Source: a virus. From it: a DNA stretch of 56,543 bases. Of the stretch, positions 1-9,668 are shown one piece after another. The notes beneath the pieces were generated by a model that was given only the letters and a program-made list of their open reading frames with translations, was not told the origin of the DNA and did not search any database. The stretch lies in IMG/VR virus record IMGVR_UViG_3300038393_000879; one strand, given 5' to 3'. Made by a program: the position numbers and the translations under genes. Positions within the stretch are counted from its first letter, which is position 1; each line of letters starts with the position of its first letter.

Positions 1-127
1 ATGGACGGTTTATATGAAGGCGAAGAAATTGCCGTCGTCTCGCAGTTGGGTTATTTCACAGGCGCTAGTATTCTATTAAAAGACAGTGCAGCATACACGA
101 GTACAGCTCTAGCAGCTAGTAAAGAAG
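1..127. repeat. Terminal direct repeat; 1-127 is identical to 56417-56543 (assembly overlap of a circular or circularly permuted genome)
   Basis: The same 127 nt (atggacggtttatatgaagg...gctagtaaagaag) was read at both contig ends. Confidence 0.95.
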
Positions 128-723
128 AGGAGGTTCCAGAGATGGATTTAGAAAAATTGTTACAATCTATTTCCGATATGATTGATGAGAAACTTGCGAA
201 GTTCGCGAAAGAGGACGAGAAGCAAGACGAAAAAGACATCGAGAAAGCGGAAGAAAAAGAAGAAGTCAAAGCAGAGGACGAAAAGCCTGAAGGGGACGAA
301 GAGAAACCGGAAGAAAAAGCGGACGAAGCAAAAGACGAAGAGAAAGAAGAAGTAAAGGCTGAAGACGAAGGCGAAGAAAAGCCGGAAGAAGAAGCAAAAG
401 AAGAAGAGGAAATGAAAGCGGAAGAAGTGAAAGAAGACGAGGACGGTAACGAACCTGTCGAAGAAGACGACAAGGAGAAAGACGACCTTAAAGCTGAAAT
501 CGAAGCATTAAAAGCTGAACTTGCTGGATTAAAGGCTTCCGTTGATTTAACCGCTTCTGCTCGTAAATCTGTTCCTTATCCAACTACGCTAATGGCGAAG
601 TATGAAATTAAGGAAGACAGCTACGAAAATTTAATGGCTGCTATCGACAAGATGGAAAACCTTTCAATCGAAGAGCGTATGGCGCTTAAGTTTGAAGCTC
701 GTCAAAAGTCGCAAGGTAAATAA
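1..723 (+). CDS. C-terminal part of the wrap-around head scaffold / prohead-protease-like protein (continues from 55982-56416; 385 aa when joined)
   Basis: Frame is continuous across the junction; very acidic E/K-rich coiled-coil segment typical of scaffolds; lies between portal and capsid genes. Confidence 0.7.
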   Translation: MDGLYEGEEIAVVSQLGYFTGASILLKDSAAYTSTALAASKEEEVPEMDLEKLLQSISDMIDEKLAKFAKEDEKQDEKDIEKAEEKEEVKAEDEKPEGDEEKPEEKADEAKDEEKEEVKAEDEGEEKPEEEAKEEEEMKAEEVKEDEDGNEPVEEDDKEKDDLKAEIEALKAELAGLKASVDLTASARKSVPYPTTLMAKYEIKEDSYENLMAAIDKMENLSIEERMALKFEARQKSQGK

Positions 724-785
724 TCTTTGCGCAAATTTAACACTACTAAACTAAAATCCTATTAGGAAAATGGAGGAAATTACAA

Positions 786-1778
786 ATGTCAAACCCACAA
801 TTCTTAAACCTTAATGCTGCTGCTGATTACATGGGCAACGGCGCAATCGAAGTACCTGAATTTCAAAAGGAAATCCTTGATTTAGTACGCAGAAACGGCG
901 CGCTTGCTCAACGCATTAGCTATGTTCCAGCAACTGGTTCAATCTCTCGTTTCTTCGAACAAACAGCTATCGCTGACGGTAACTACACAGATCCAAGAAA
1001 CATTAACCCAACCAGCACTTCACCAACTCGCGTAGAGAAGTCTTTATTGGTTAAAGCTGTAACAAACCGTATCGACTATTCTTTATTCGATCTTGAAACT
1101 GTTGGACAACAAGGTGTATTCGCGCAATTAAAAGCGAAAGACATGGGAGATATGGTTAACGGTATCCTTCGCCTTCGCGATAAAGGCTTATGGCTTGGAA
1201 CTGACACTGTTTCTGGCTCTCAAGTAGGTGCTGGTGCAACAACTCAATACGTTGGTCTATTAAACCAAGTATCTACAACTAAAGTAACTATCGCTTCTGG
1301 TTCTTCTATCGTTGATGGATTACGCTCTGAAGTGGCTAAATTAGTTGCTAACTCTGATTTCGCTATCCGTCCAACTGCTATTTACATGAACCCACTTGCT
1401 ATTGACGCTCTTGAGAAAGAAGTTAAAAATGCAAACGGTTCTATCAGCTTCATCGTAAACGGCGTTCAAGATGGCGTTGCTGGTCTTTCTGTAACTGGTA
1501 TCGTAACAGCTGCTGGCGTGTTACCGATCATTCCTGAACCATTCCTAGCAACTGACGCACCTCAATTCTCTGCGGCTCCTGCTGGACAACACAACTATCC
1601 TTTCGCTATCGTTTGCGAAGACTTAATCGAATACCACTACATTGGATCTAAAAATCCTCGTGTATTCCAATTAGGTACTGCTGCTAACTTGAACGAAAGC
1701 TATGTTGGCGTACTTTTCGGCGCTCCTGTTGTTAAAGCTGCTGACAAAGCTCATGTTATCGGTGCTGTTCAATTCTAA
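786..1778 (+). CDS. Major capsid protein
   Basis: 330-aa ORF after the scaffold; RBS aaaatggagg; strong terminator follows; position and size fit. Confidence 0.75.
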   Translation: MSNPQFLNLNAAADYMGNGAIEVPEFQKEILDLVRRNGALAQRISYVPATGSISRFFEQTAIADGNYTDPRNINPTSTSPTRVEKSLLVKAVTNRIDYSLFDLETVGQQGVFAQLKAKDMGDMVNGILRLRDKGLWLGTDTVSGSQVGAGATTQYVGLLNQVSTTKVTIASGSSIVDGLRSEVAKLVANSDFAIRPTAIYMNPLAIDALEKEVKNANGSISFIVNGVQDGVAGLSVTGIVTAAGVLPIIPEPFLATDAPQFSAAPAGQHNYPFAIVCEDLIEYHYIGSKNPRVFQLGTAANLNESYVGVLFGAPVVKAADKAHVIGAVQF

Positions 1779-1791
1779 TAAATGAATATCT

Positions 1792-1818
1792 GGGGCGGGT
1801 TTCCCGCTCCTTTTATTT
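1792..1818 (+). terminator. Rho-independent terminator after the capsid gene
   Basis: GGGGCGGG-ttt-CCCGCTCC hairpin followed by TTTTATTT. Confidence 0.8.
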
Positions 1819-1844
1819 ATGTTTAATAGGTTAGGAGGATTACA

Positions 1845-2042
1845 ATGGCTGTTAAAAAAGAAACGAAAAAAGAAGCTGTTAAAGAGGTTTTAAAAGACGA
1901 GACAGTTGAAGTTTCGCTCGTTAATCACAATGGCGAAAATCAAGGCGTTTATGTCGTTGGTTTATATATTGAATTCGTTGATGGAAAAGCGAAAGTTACA
2001 AGCGATGTGGCAAAGGCTCTTAAAGATTTAGGATTGGTTTAA
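1845..2042 (+). CDS. Small head-module protein, function unknown
   Basis: 65-aa ORF with RBS taggaggatt. Confidence 0.6.
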   Translation: MAVKKETKKEAVKEVLKDETVEVSLVNHNGENQGVYVVGLYIEFVDGKAKVTSDVAKALKDLGLV

Positions 2043-2043
2043 T

Positions 2044-2544
2044 ATGAATTATGTAACAAATTCAGATTTACCGGTTTCTATTTTAGAGCGTGCTGAAACC
2101 TTGTTCGAGCGCTTTTTAGGTTATACGATGGCTTCTAGGGAATACGAAGAGATTGTACGAATATCTCCGGTTGGTTTCCCATTGAAAAATATTCCTGTTG
2201 TTAAGATTATATCAGTTTATGGAAAAACAAGTCAATCAGGAATTTTCGAATACGGTAAATTTTTCGGTTCAACCGATTGGATTGAATTAGATACGAATGA
2301 CATCGTTGTTCATACGAAAGACGATTTAATTTCGCTGTCCCTTCCGCCCAGTTTGTTTGGAACTCCGTATGAAGAAGCCAAGATAAAATATGTTGCGGGC
2401 ATAATGGAAACTCCGCACGATGTAGAAGAGGTTATTCTCGAGATTGCAAGGCTGTTAAACGCTGGCGAAATCGACGAATGGCGTTGCTTTCTACCCGTTG
2501 AAATATTAGATGTGATTGAAAAATACAGAAAGGGGGCGAACTAG
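2044..2544 (+). CDS. Putative head-tail adaptor/connector protein
   Basis: 166-aa ORF tightly packed in the head-completion module; call rests on position only. Confidence 0.45.
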   Translation: MNYVTNSDLPVSILERAETLFERFLGYTMASREYEEIVRISPVGFPLKNIPVVKIISVYGKTSQSGIFEYGKFFGSTDWIELDTNDIVVHTKDDLISLSLPPSLFGTPYEEAKIKYVAGIMETPHDVEEVILEIARLLNAGEIDEWRCFLPVEILDVIEKYRKGAN

Positions 2545-3435
2545 GTGTCACAATATCTTACGGCTGATGAATTTAAAAAAGCTCCAACCGGCATAGACAC
2601 TTCCTCGCTGGATCAAACGAATATCGGAAACCAAGCCGCTCAAGACGCAGCACTTACGATTGTTCTCCGTCAAGCAAGCTCATGGGTCGATAACTTTTGT
2701 CAAGTCAACTCACTTGAGGCGACACTGAACACGGAGCATAAAGAAGTAAGAATGGGACGCGATGGACGACTAAATGTTCATGTTGATAATACGCCGATTA
2801 TTGAACTGCAATCAGTGAAATATCAGACGTTTCCGACAACTGGAAAACTGGACATAGCCGTTGACCAAATTATTGTTTATGATAACTGGTTCTCTATTTT
2901 CAACCTTCCGACATTGGCAAACGCTTTATACGGTTTGAATGTCCAACAACCGCTACCATCTACTTGGTACAACACTCCTTACCGCAGACAACTCGCTTCA
3001 GATGTTCCAATTTCCCTTGAATACACCTATATCAATGGTTATATGAATTCGCTGCTCGCGCTCGACGCAACCGCAGGCGATACAACCATCACGCTCAAAG
3101 ACGCGACTGGTGCTTACACAGGATTGAAATTTACGATTTATGACGGCGCAAGCGAAGAATATGCTACGGTTCAATCCGTTAGTGGGAATGTGGTTACGCT
3201 AGCTGCTCCGCTTTTATTCAGTCACTTATCTGGTGTTTCTGTTTCGGCTCTTCCGGCAAGTATCAAACAAGCAACCCAGCTCGTTGCCTCGTATTTAATC
3301 AAAGAACGCGGCTCACTTGCGATCACGATGAGCGAAACCGTTGTTCAAGGTACAGCGATGAGCTATAACAAAAACTCTGATCTGGAACTGGCGAAAGACC
3401 TGTTAAGACCGTTTGTTCGAAGGGTCGTGAGCTAA
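2545..3435 (+). CDS. Virion structural protein, function unknown
   Basis: 296-aa ORF (GTG start) abutting the previous stop codon. Confidence 0.55.
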   Translation: MSQYLTADEFKKAPTGIDTSSLDQTNIGNQAAQDAALTIVLRQASSWVDNFCQVNSLEATLNTEHKEVRMGRDGRLNVHVDNTPIIELQSVKYQTFPTTGKLDIAVDQIIVYDNWFSIFNLPTLANALYGLNVQQPLPSTWYNTPYRRQLASDVPISLEYTYINGYMNSLLALDATAGDTTITLKDATGAYTGLKFTIYDGASEEYATVQSVSGNVVTLAAPLLFSHLSGVSVSALPASIKQATQLVASYLIKERGSLAITMSETVVQGTAMSYNKNSDLELAKDLLRPFVRRVVS

Positions 3436-3938
3436 TGTTTAACGTAAGGCTTGATCAACGCAGCTGGAACCAAATCAATCGCTTTTTTGAAGGTTCTGAA
3501 CTTTGGGAAATGCACATGCACGACCGTCTTTCAGAGGACTTGGCGAAATCAGCGAAAGAGCACATGAAACCTATGCTGCATGTTCGTCCGGTTCATACCG
3601 GAAAACTCGAGCAAAGTATCACCGAACAAATCCATTTTAACAACGAAGGGTTCGACATCGAATTCTACGGTCTGTTATATGGTCTTTGGGTGGATACCGG
3701 TAACTTCCCGCCTTCGACGACGATTGACGCTTCGAGCTATGGATACAAAGCGTTTCCAGTTGACGCACGACTTGGCGCCAGCAACCCACAGCGTGTTATT
3801 CACGGTATGGGGTCACAGAATACAAACGCCCCAACGCATTATTCCGAGAAAACAGCCAAGTGGTTAGCGGAAGACGAAGCGACAAAAATCGGTATGGAGC
3901 ACCTTGAAATGTGGCTGGGAAGCGTGGTGTTACGATGA
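3435..3938 (+). CDS. Putative head-tail joining / head-closure protein (HK97 gp10-like position)
   Basis: 167-aa ORF; its ATG overlaps the upstream stop. Confidence 0.45.
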   Translation: MFNVRLDQRSWNQINRFFEGSELWEMHMHDRLSEDLAKSAKEHMKPMLHVRPVHTGKLEQSITEQIHFNNEGFDIEFYGLLYGLWVDTGNFPPSTTIDASSYGYKAFPVDARLGASNPQRVIHGMGSQNTNAPTHYSEKTAKWLAEDEATKIGMEHLEMWLGSVVLR

Positions 3939-4363
3939 GAAACGATATTAAAGAACTCGTTAAAACTGCGATTTCCGGCGTTTCTGGAATTCAAGCGGTT
4001 TATACACACAGACCGAAAATTCAAAACCAATTTCCAGCGGTTGTTATTCATTTACCAAAAGCTGATGAAACGAGAGTGTCGGCTAGCGCACCAATCGGAA
4101 AAAAGAAAGTGGTTTATACCGCACAGCTTGAAGTTTTCACGATCGACCAAACGCCTGATGGATCTGGTCAAGTCGCTTTCGAAGACATACTCGATGAAAT
4201 CGACATCGCCCTGCGGGCTGATCCACAGTTCGGCGGAGCGGTTCTCGCTGCTGGTGTAGAATACATCAAAACCGTTGTGGCACCTCCGCAGTTGGTAAAT
4301 GGTCAAAACATCGCCATTTTAGCCGTAAAGACATTTGATATTACGGTCATGGTTACTGGTTAA
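3935..4363 (+). CDS. Putative tail completion / terminator protein
   Basis: ATGA start-stop overlap with the upstream gene; 142 aa; lies upstream of the tail tube gene. Confidence 0.45.
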   Translation: MRNDIKELVKTAISGVSGIQAVYTHRPKIQNQFPAVVIHLPKADETRVSASAPIGKKKVVYTAQLEVFTIDQTPDGSGQVAFEDILDEIDIALRADPQFGGAVLAAGVEYIKTVVAPPQLVNGQNIAILAVKTFDITVMVTG

Positions 4364-4378
4364 TAGGAGGAACTTACA

Positions 4379-4555
4379 GTGAAAAAAGTGAAATATAACG
4401 GTGCTCACGAAGCCCATCTTACTACGATTAACAAAGTTGTGAAAAACGGCGATGTTATCGAAGTGGAAGACGGTTTCGAGAATGCACTGTTTGAGTTAGT
4501 CGTAGAAAAGAAAGAAGAAAAAATCTCGAAATCAAACAAGGAGGTCACTAAATAA
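4379..4555 (+). CDS. Small protein (58 aa), unknown function; not in the supplied ORF track
   Basis: GTG start 8 nt after AGGAGG; its TAA overlaps the next ATG (TAATG). Confidence 0.5.
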   Translation: MKKVKYNGAHEAHLTTINKVVKNGDVIEVEDGFENALFELVVEKKEEKISKSNKEVTK

Positions 4556-5475
4556 TGGCAAGATTATCCGCTCTTGGACATTTAGGTTTAGCTCTTGAAG
4601 CAACTTTCGGAACCAGCACTGCTCCTGTTGTTTTTATCCCTTATGACAGTATTAAGGTTGAAGACAGCATTACAAAGGTTACTGATGAAGCTAGACGCGC
4701 TGTATTAACAAAAGATTTTCAGGTGTATAACGCAACCCGAGAAGGCAGCGTTGAGATTGACACTTATATGTATCCTGAAATCGCTGGTTATTTATTAAAA
4801 GGAATTTTGTCTAATTACGCTGTAACTGGTTCTGCTGCTCCATACACGCACAAATTCCAAGTATTGAACGCGATGAGCCCGTCTTATACGCTATCTGATT
4901 ACAATGGAATTTCTGAACGTGAATACAAAGGTGGCGTTCTTGAAGAATTATCTTTCAAATTCGACACAGAAAGCGCTATGACAATGAGCGCGAAATTCTC
5001 TAGTTTCGCTTCTAATGTTGTTACGGATCAAACACCTGCTTTTACGGTTACTAATCCGTTTATGGGCTTCCAGGCAACTTTAAACATTGATGGCGCTCAA
5101 AACCTTAACATGGTTGGCGGCGAGGTTTCAATCAAGCGTGAGGGCAAGTTGTTGTTCACTGCTAATAACACACAAGACCCAACGAAATATGTAACTGGAA
5201 CAATCGAAGCGAGCGGAAAATTAACATTTGACATCGAAGACGAAAGCGAATTTATGATGTATCGTAACGGAACACAGCCGTCACTTGATATTTTATTCGT
5301 TCGCGACGCTAACACAAGCGTTGAGTTTTCATTCGGCAAGGTTGATTTCTCTAAAGCAACGATCGACCGCTCTCAAGAATTCCTACGCGTTGATGTGGAA
5401 TTCACCGCATTATTCAATGCAACAGACGCTGGAATGATGACGGTTAACTTGAAAAACGCAACTGCAACATTCTAA
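4555..5475 (+). CDS. Major tail (tube) protein
   Basis: 306-aa ORF immediately upstream of the chaperone/tape-measure pair. Confidence 0.6.
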   Translation: MARLSALGHLGLALEATFGTSTAPVVFIPYDSIKVEDSITKVTDEARRAVLTKDFQVYNATREGSVEIDTYMYPEIAGYLLKGILSNYAVTGSAAPYTHKFQVLNAMSPSYTLSDYNGISEREYKGGVLEELSFKFDTESAMTMSAKFSSFASNVVTDQTPAFTVTNPFMGFQATLNIDGAQNLNMVGGEVSIKREGKLLFTANNTQDPTKYVTGTIEASGKLTFDIEDESEFMMYRNGTQPSLDILFVRDANTSVEFSFGKVDFSKATIDRSQEFLRVDVEFTALFNATDAGMMTVNLKNATATF

Positions 5476-5572
5476 TCACGAACCAATAACGGTTTAGCGG
5501 CGGAGAGCTTCGGCTCTCTAATGCTGCTAGTGGTTGAATACTAATTTACTAGAAATATTGGAGGAATTAAAA

Positions 5573-5878
5573 ATGAGACTAGAATTTAAAGAACTTGGTG
5601 AAGGTTATTTCGTAGAAATTAAAGACCCAAAGAAACTAAAATGGAAAGAGCAAAAAGCGATTACAGCGGCTTTCGTTGATGAAACATTATCCAGCCAGTT
5701 AACGGTTGCTGAACGCGTGGCAATTGCGCTAATCAAGTCCGGCTACATGCTTGACGAGGACACAAACGCACCTATTCAGTTCCCACTTAACGAGGAAAGT
5801 GTTGGCGAAGTCCCTAGTATTGTAATCGAAAAAGTTTCTGCTGCATTCGCTGAAAGTAAAACAGCCGAAAAAAACTAA
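5573..5878 (+). CDS. Tail assembly chaperone (gpG-like, short form)
   Basis: RBS ggaggaatt; ATG at 5573; lies directly before the tape measure gene; ends in a slippery A-run. Confidence 0.65.
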   Translation: MRLEFKELGEGYFVEIKDPKKLKWKEQKAITAAFVDETLSSQLTVAERVAIALIKSGYMLDEDTNAPIQFPLNEESVGEVPSIVIEKVSAAFAESKTAEKN

Positions 5879-6072
5879 TAAACGCGGTAGATAAATACTT
5901 GCGGGGTTACTCAAAAGGTGCTCCGCTTGAATACGCCGAGTTTGCGCTGTGCCGGGAGATGGGCTGGACCTTTAACGAGCTCGAAGAACAGCCCACTGAA
6001 CGCATAGAACAAGCATTTTTATTTATCGAGCGTGAAAATATCTATCGTAAGTCACAAGAAAATTCTGATTAA
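5573..6072 (+). CDS. Tail assembly chaperone frameshift product (gpGT-like; -1 shift at 5869-5875)
   Basis: The -1 frame 5866-6072 is open (…NAVDKYLRGYSKGAPLEYAEF…) and has no start codon or RBS of its own. Confidence 0.55.
5869..5875 (+). promoter_or_regulatory. -1 programmed ribosomal frameshift site A_AAA_AAC
   Basis: Heptamer lies in the zero frame 1 codon before the stop; the -1 frame stays open to 6072. Confidence 0.6.
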
Positions 6073-6095
6073 CTAGAGAGGGTGGTGAGTAAAGA

Positions 6096-9000
6096 ATGGC
6101 AAGCGAACAAACTGCACGCTTAAATCTCCAAATAACCGCGCGAGACGAAGCCAACCAAGTAATAAAGAAATTTGCTGAACAGATGAAAGCCACTTTCGAA
6201 GGAATTCAGAAAGTAATGAAAGAAACTTTCGGGGATCAAATCGTCGTAAAAGCAAAAGAAATGACTGAAGGGATTAACCAAAGCATAAAAGGAATTAACG
6301 CTTCGGTTGCCGCTCGTGAAATTGGATTGATTTCGGAAGCTACTTTTCTAACGCGAACAGAAGCCGAGGAACAGTTCAATCTAATGCGCGATAAAATGAA
6401 ATCTGCAACACTTCAGGGCGTCGAGAGTGCGAAGTTATCTATGGGACAGCTCCGTGCCGTTCTTCGTGAAGTTGGCGAAGACAAGTCCATTCAATTATTC
6501 CGCGACAGATACATGGAAGCGATGGCTCAAATCGAGCAAACAACCTTTATGACGAGGGCACAGCTTGAGACATCATTCAACGCCATCAAGAACCAAAACC
6601 TTGAATTAGGTCTATCCTTTAAAGAAGCCTCTCAATTTACCACTGAACAATTAAAAAGAATTGTTGAAGCCGCAAAAGCTACCCGCGTTGAAGTAATCAA
6701 AGAAGCCTCACAAACAAAAGAAGCCGCTAATAAATACAAAGAGGCATTCGATAAGATTGCGAAAAGCGCTTTTATGACCAAAGAAGATGTGGCGAAAGCG
6801 TTTGAACAAGTTAAGGGGTCGTTTAACAACGCCTCACTTGCTGCCCAAAGCTCTGCAACCATGACTTCAGAGGCGATGGCGCGTATTGTATCGGCTGCTC
6901 GCGAGATGGAAATTCGAGTTGTTCAATCAAACGAACGCGTTTCCCGCAGCGCTCGCAGTATGTTCCATTCTTTTAGCTCTGGTGCGATGGATCTACAGTT
7001 TGCTGGTGAAATGATTAAAGGTTTCTCTGAAAAAATTACCGGATTTCTTGGCGAAAGTGCAAAGAGTTTCATCGAATTCAACCAGGAAATCGTAAATACC
7101 CAGATGTCTTTACAAGTTCTAGGTGAGAAAAACGCCGGAACGAAGAAAACATACAAGGAGCTAGAAAAAGCAGCTCTTGATATGGGTAAACAAGGTTTCT
7201 TCTCTGCGAACGAAGTCGGTCAAGCGATGAATACACTTGCAAAACAAGGTGTCGATAGCCAAGCGATTTTACACGGTGCGATGAAAGCCTCTTACGACGC
7301 TGCTGCTGCGAACCAGATGGGACTTGAAGAAACAGCGAATGTCGTTTCGGATATTTACCATGAAATGGGCGAGAGTTTAAAAGCGTCATTCGAGAAAACA
7401 GCTGAAGGTCAAAAGATTATGAACTCGAATATGTCCGAAAGCCAAAAGCAAGCGAAGATTATGGAGGGCATTTTCACACAAGTCGGTGACGCTATGACCG
7501 GCGCACTCCACCAATCTCGTATTAGCATGACGGACTTCCTAAACAGTATGAAATATGCTGGTCCGCAAGCAAGTGCTCTCGGTGTAAACATGGGCGAATT
7601 ATCTACGATGATCGCATTACTCGGTCAGCATGGTATTCGTGGAAGCCAAGCCGGAACAACACTTCGTCGTATGCTAACAAACTTGACCCCAGCTTCGAAA
7701 GACGCGGCTGCGATGATGGAAAAACTCGGCATGATCACTAAAGACGGCGGGAACATTTTCTACGACGCACAAGGTAAGTTAAAACCGATGGCAGAAGTTC
7801 AACAGCTATTGCATGATAAGCTCGCAGGATTGACACCGCAAATGCAGCAATTAGCGGTTAAGACGATTTTCGGACAATACGCACTATCTGGTATGACTGC
7901 AATCGTAGGAACCTCAACCGAGAAATACAAAGAATTACAATCAAAGGTAACAGAAGCAGGACTGGCACAAGACGCGATGAAAGTAAAGTCGCAAGGTCTA
8001 GGAATGCAGGTTCAAAAGTTAAATGCGCACTTTGAAACCATCAAGAAAGAGATCGGTGAGCAACTTCGTCCGGTTATCGAGAAGGTTATCGGTGTGGCAA
8101 CTGGCTTAATGGACAGATGGGACCACTTGAGCGATAAGAACAAGAAAATGATTGTAACGATTGCGGCTGTTGTCGGTGCTGTTACAGCGGTTGTCGGCGG
8201 AATTATGGCGTTTATCGGAACATTGGGTATATTCATATCCATTTTAGGTTCTGGTTTAGCTGCTATGGGTACCTTTGCAGGCGTGTTATTCTCAACGGCT
8301 GGCTTGTTTAACCCAATTACTTTAGCGATTGGCGCGGTAATTGCCGTTTGTGTTCTGTTATACAAAGCATTCCAATCGAATTTCGGCGGGATCCGTACGC
8401 TCGTTATGCAAGTTTGGGGATATATCGGTCCGCAGATTATGCAAGGGATCACGGTTGTTAAGAATGCCATCATCGAAGGGGTTAAAACGATCACAGCCTG
8501 GTGGAAAACCATGTCACCAACCTTCGAGCAGGCGGTAAAAAATATCGTTAAATTCTTAACATGGCTGTCTCCGCTGTGGAAAGCGGTTTGGTTTGTGATC
8601 AAAGAAATCGTGAAAGGCGTTTGGGACGGAATTAAGAATATCGTTCAGGGCGCATGGAAGGTTTTATCCGGCATATTCCAGTTAATTGCTGATGTTTTAA
8701 CCGGCAAATGGAAAAAAGCATGGGGTGATGTGAAGCAAATCCTGGTCGGAGTTCTACAATTTATATGGGGCTTACTGGAAACTGGGTTCCTCGGTAAAAT
8801 CATCAAAGTAATCGGTGAGGTCTTCGCCGTATTCAAAACTTTTGGTGGTTCGGCGAAAACGATTTTCACTGAAATTTTCAGCTTCATCAAAAAAGTAGTA
8901 TCTGACGGCATGGGATATGTGAAATCTATATTCTCAAGCGGTTTTTCAGTGCTGAAGACGACCTTTAACACGCTTAAATCAACACTTTCCGACATCATCA

Positions 9001-9614
9001 GCGCGATTGTAAAGCTGTTTAAAGGCGATTTCAGCGGCGCATGGACGAGCGTGAAGTCTGCGTTCTCTACTGGCGTTTCAGGTGTTAAGAATATCATAAA
9101 CGGTTTATTCGGTTTCTTCGATAAAGGTTTCGGCGGCTTACCTGGTAAGTTCAGAGACTGGGCTAGCAACATGATGAACATGTTCAAAGATGGTATCGAG
9201 AACAAAATCGGTGAAGTAACAGCGAAAATCAAGAAGCTCGGCGATAAAATCAAAGACTTGCTCGGTTTCCACTCACCGACAAAAGAGGGTCCGTTATCAA
9301 AAGGCGAATCTGATGTCTGGTTCCCGAACATGATGAAAATGTTTGCGCAAGGTATCGAAGATAACAAAGACAAAGTGTTTAAATCTGTTACCGGCGTGGC
9401 ACTCGGCATTAAGCACACGATCGAAGGCACACAGCCAAGTGCAAGTAACAGCAAAGTTGTCCAGTCATACAGCGCACCAACGGCTCAAACGAACGGACAA
9501 CGACCTGTCCATGTAACTATTCAGATAGATGGACGCAGCAAAGAAACGGATAAGCAGCTCGCTGAACACATCGCGAACGCATTCCGCACACAAATGAATA
9601 TGGTTTCTGGTTAA
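6096..9614 (+). CDS. Tape measure protein
   Basis: 1172 aa; long helical repeats, central hydrophobic segments; canonical position. Confidence 0.9.
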   Translation: MASEQTARLNLQITARDEANQVIKKFAEQMKATFEGIQKVMKETFGDQIVVKAKEMTEGINQSIKGINASVAAREIGLISEATFLTRTEAEEQFNLMRDKMKSATLQGVESAKLSMGQLRAVLREVGEDKSIQLFRDRYMEAMAQIEQTTFMTRAQLETSFNAIKNQNLELGLSFKEASQFTTEQLKRIVEAAKATRVEVIKEASQTKEAANKYKEAFDKIAKSAFMTKEDVAKAFEQVKGSFNNASLAAQSSATMTSEAMARIVSAAREMEIRVVQSNERVSRSARSMFHSFSSGAMDLQFAGEMIKGFSEKITGFLGESAKSFIEFNQEIVNTQMSLQVLGEKNAGTKKTYKELEKAALDMGKQGFFSANEVGQAMNTLAKQGVDSQAILHGAMKASYDAAAANQMGLEETANVVSDIYHEMGESLKASFEKTAEGQKIMNSNMSESQKQAKIMEGIFTQVGDAMTGALHQSRISMTDFLNSMKYAGPQASALGVNMGELSTMIALLGQHGIRGSQAGTTLRRMLTNLTPASKDAAAMMEKLGMITKDGGNIFYDAQGKLKPMAEVQQLLHDKLAGLTPQMQQLAVKTIFGQYALSGMTAIVGTSTEKYKELQSKVTEAGLAQDAMKVKSQGLGMQVQKLNAHFETIKKEIGEQLRPVIEKVIGVATGLMDRWDHLSDKNKKMIVTIAAVVGAVTAVVGGIMAFIGTLGIFISILGSGLAAMGTFAGVLFSTAGLFNPITLAIGAVIAVCVLLYKAFQSNFGGIRTLVMQVWGYIGPQIMQGITVVKNAIIEGVKTITAWWKTMSPTFEQAVKNIVKFLTWLSPLWKAVWFVIKEIVKGVWDGIKNIVQGAWKVLSGIFQLIADVLTGKWKKAWGDVKQILVGVLQFIWGLLETGFLGKIIKVIGEVFAVFKTFGGSAKTIFTEIFSFIKKVVSDGMGYVKSIFSSGFSVLKTTFNTLKSTLSDIISAIVKLFKGDFSGAWTSVKSAFSTGVSGVKNIINGLFGFFDKGFGGLPGKFRDWASNMMNMFKDGIENKIGEVTAKIKKLGDKIKDLLGFHSPTKEGPLSKGESDVWFPNMMKMFAQGIEDNKDKVFKSVTGVALGIKHTIEGTQPSASNSKVVQSYSAPTAQTNGQRPVHVTIQIDGRSKETDKQLAEHIANAFRTQMNMVSG

Positions 9615-9615
9615 T

Positions 9616-9643
9616 GGGGGCGGTTCTTCCGCTCCTGTTTTAC
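9616..9643 (+). terminator. Stem-loop / probable terminator after the tape measure gene
   Basis: GGGGCGG-ttctt-CCGCTCC then TGTTTT; nearly the same stem as the terminator at 1792. Confidence 0.55.
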
Positions 9644-9668
9644 TGGTTTTACAGATAGGAGGTTAAGC

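Noticed and set aside
51-473. 140-aa Ser-rich ORF on the - strand
   Set aside because: It is the antisense shadow of the GAA/GAG-rich acidic scaffold region. It is low-complexity and has no RBS.
6632-9454. Multiple 60-269-aa - strand ORFs inside the tape measure gene
   Set aside because: They lie entirely inside a long, well-supported + strand gene. They have no RBS and their composition is typical of antisense frames.
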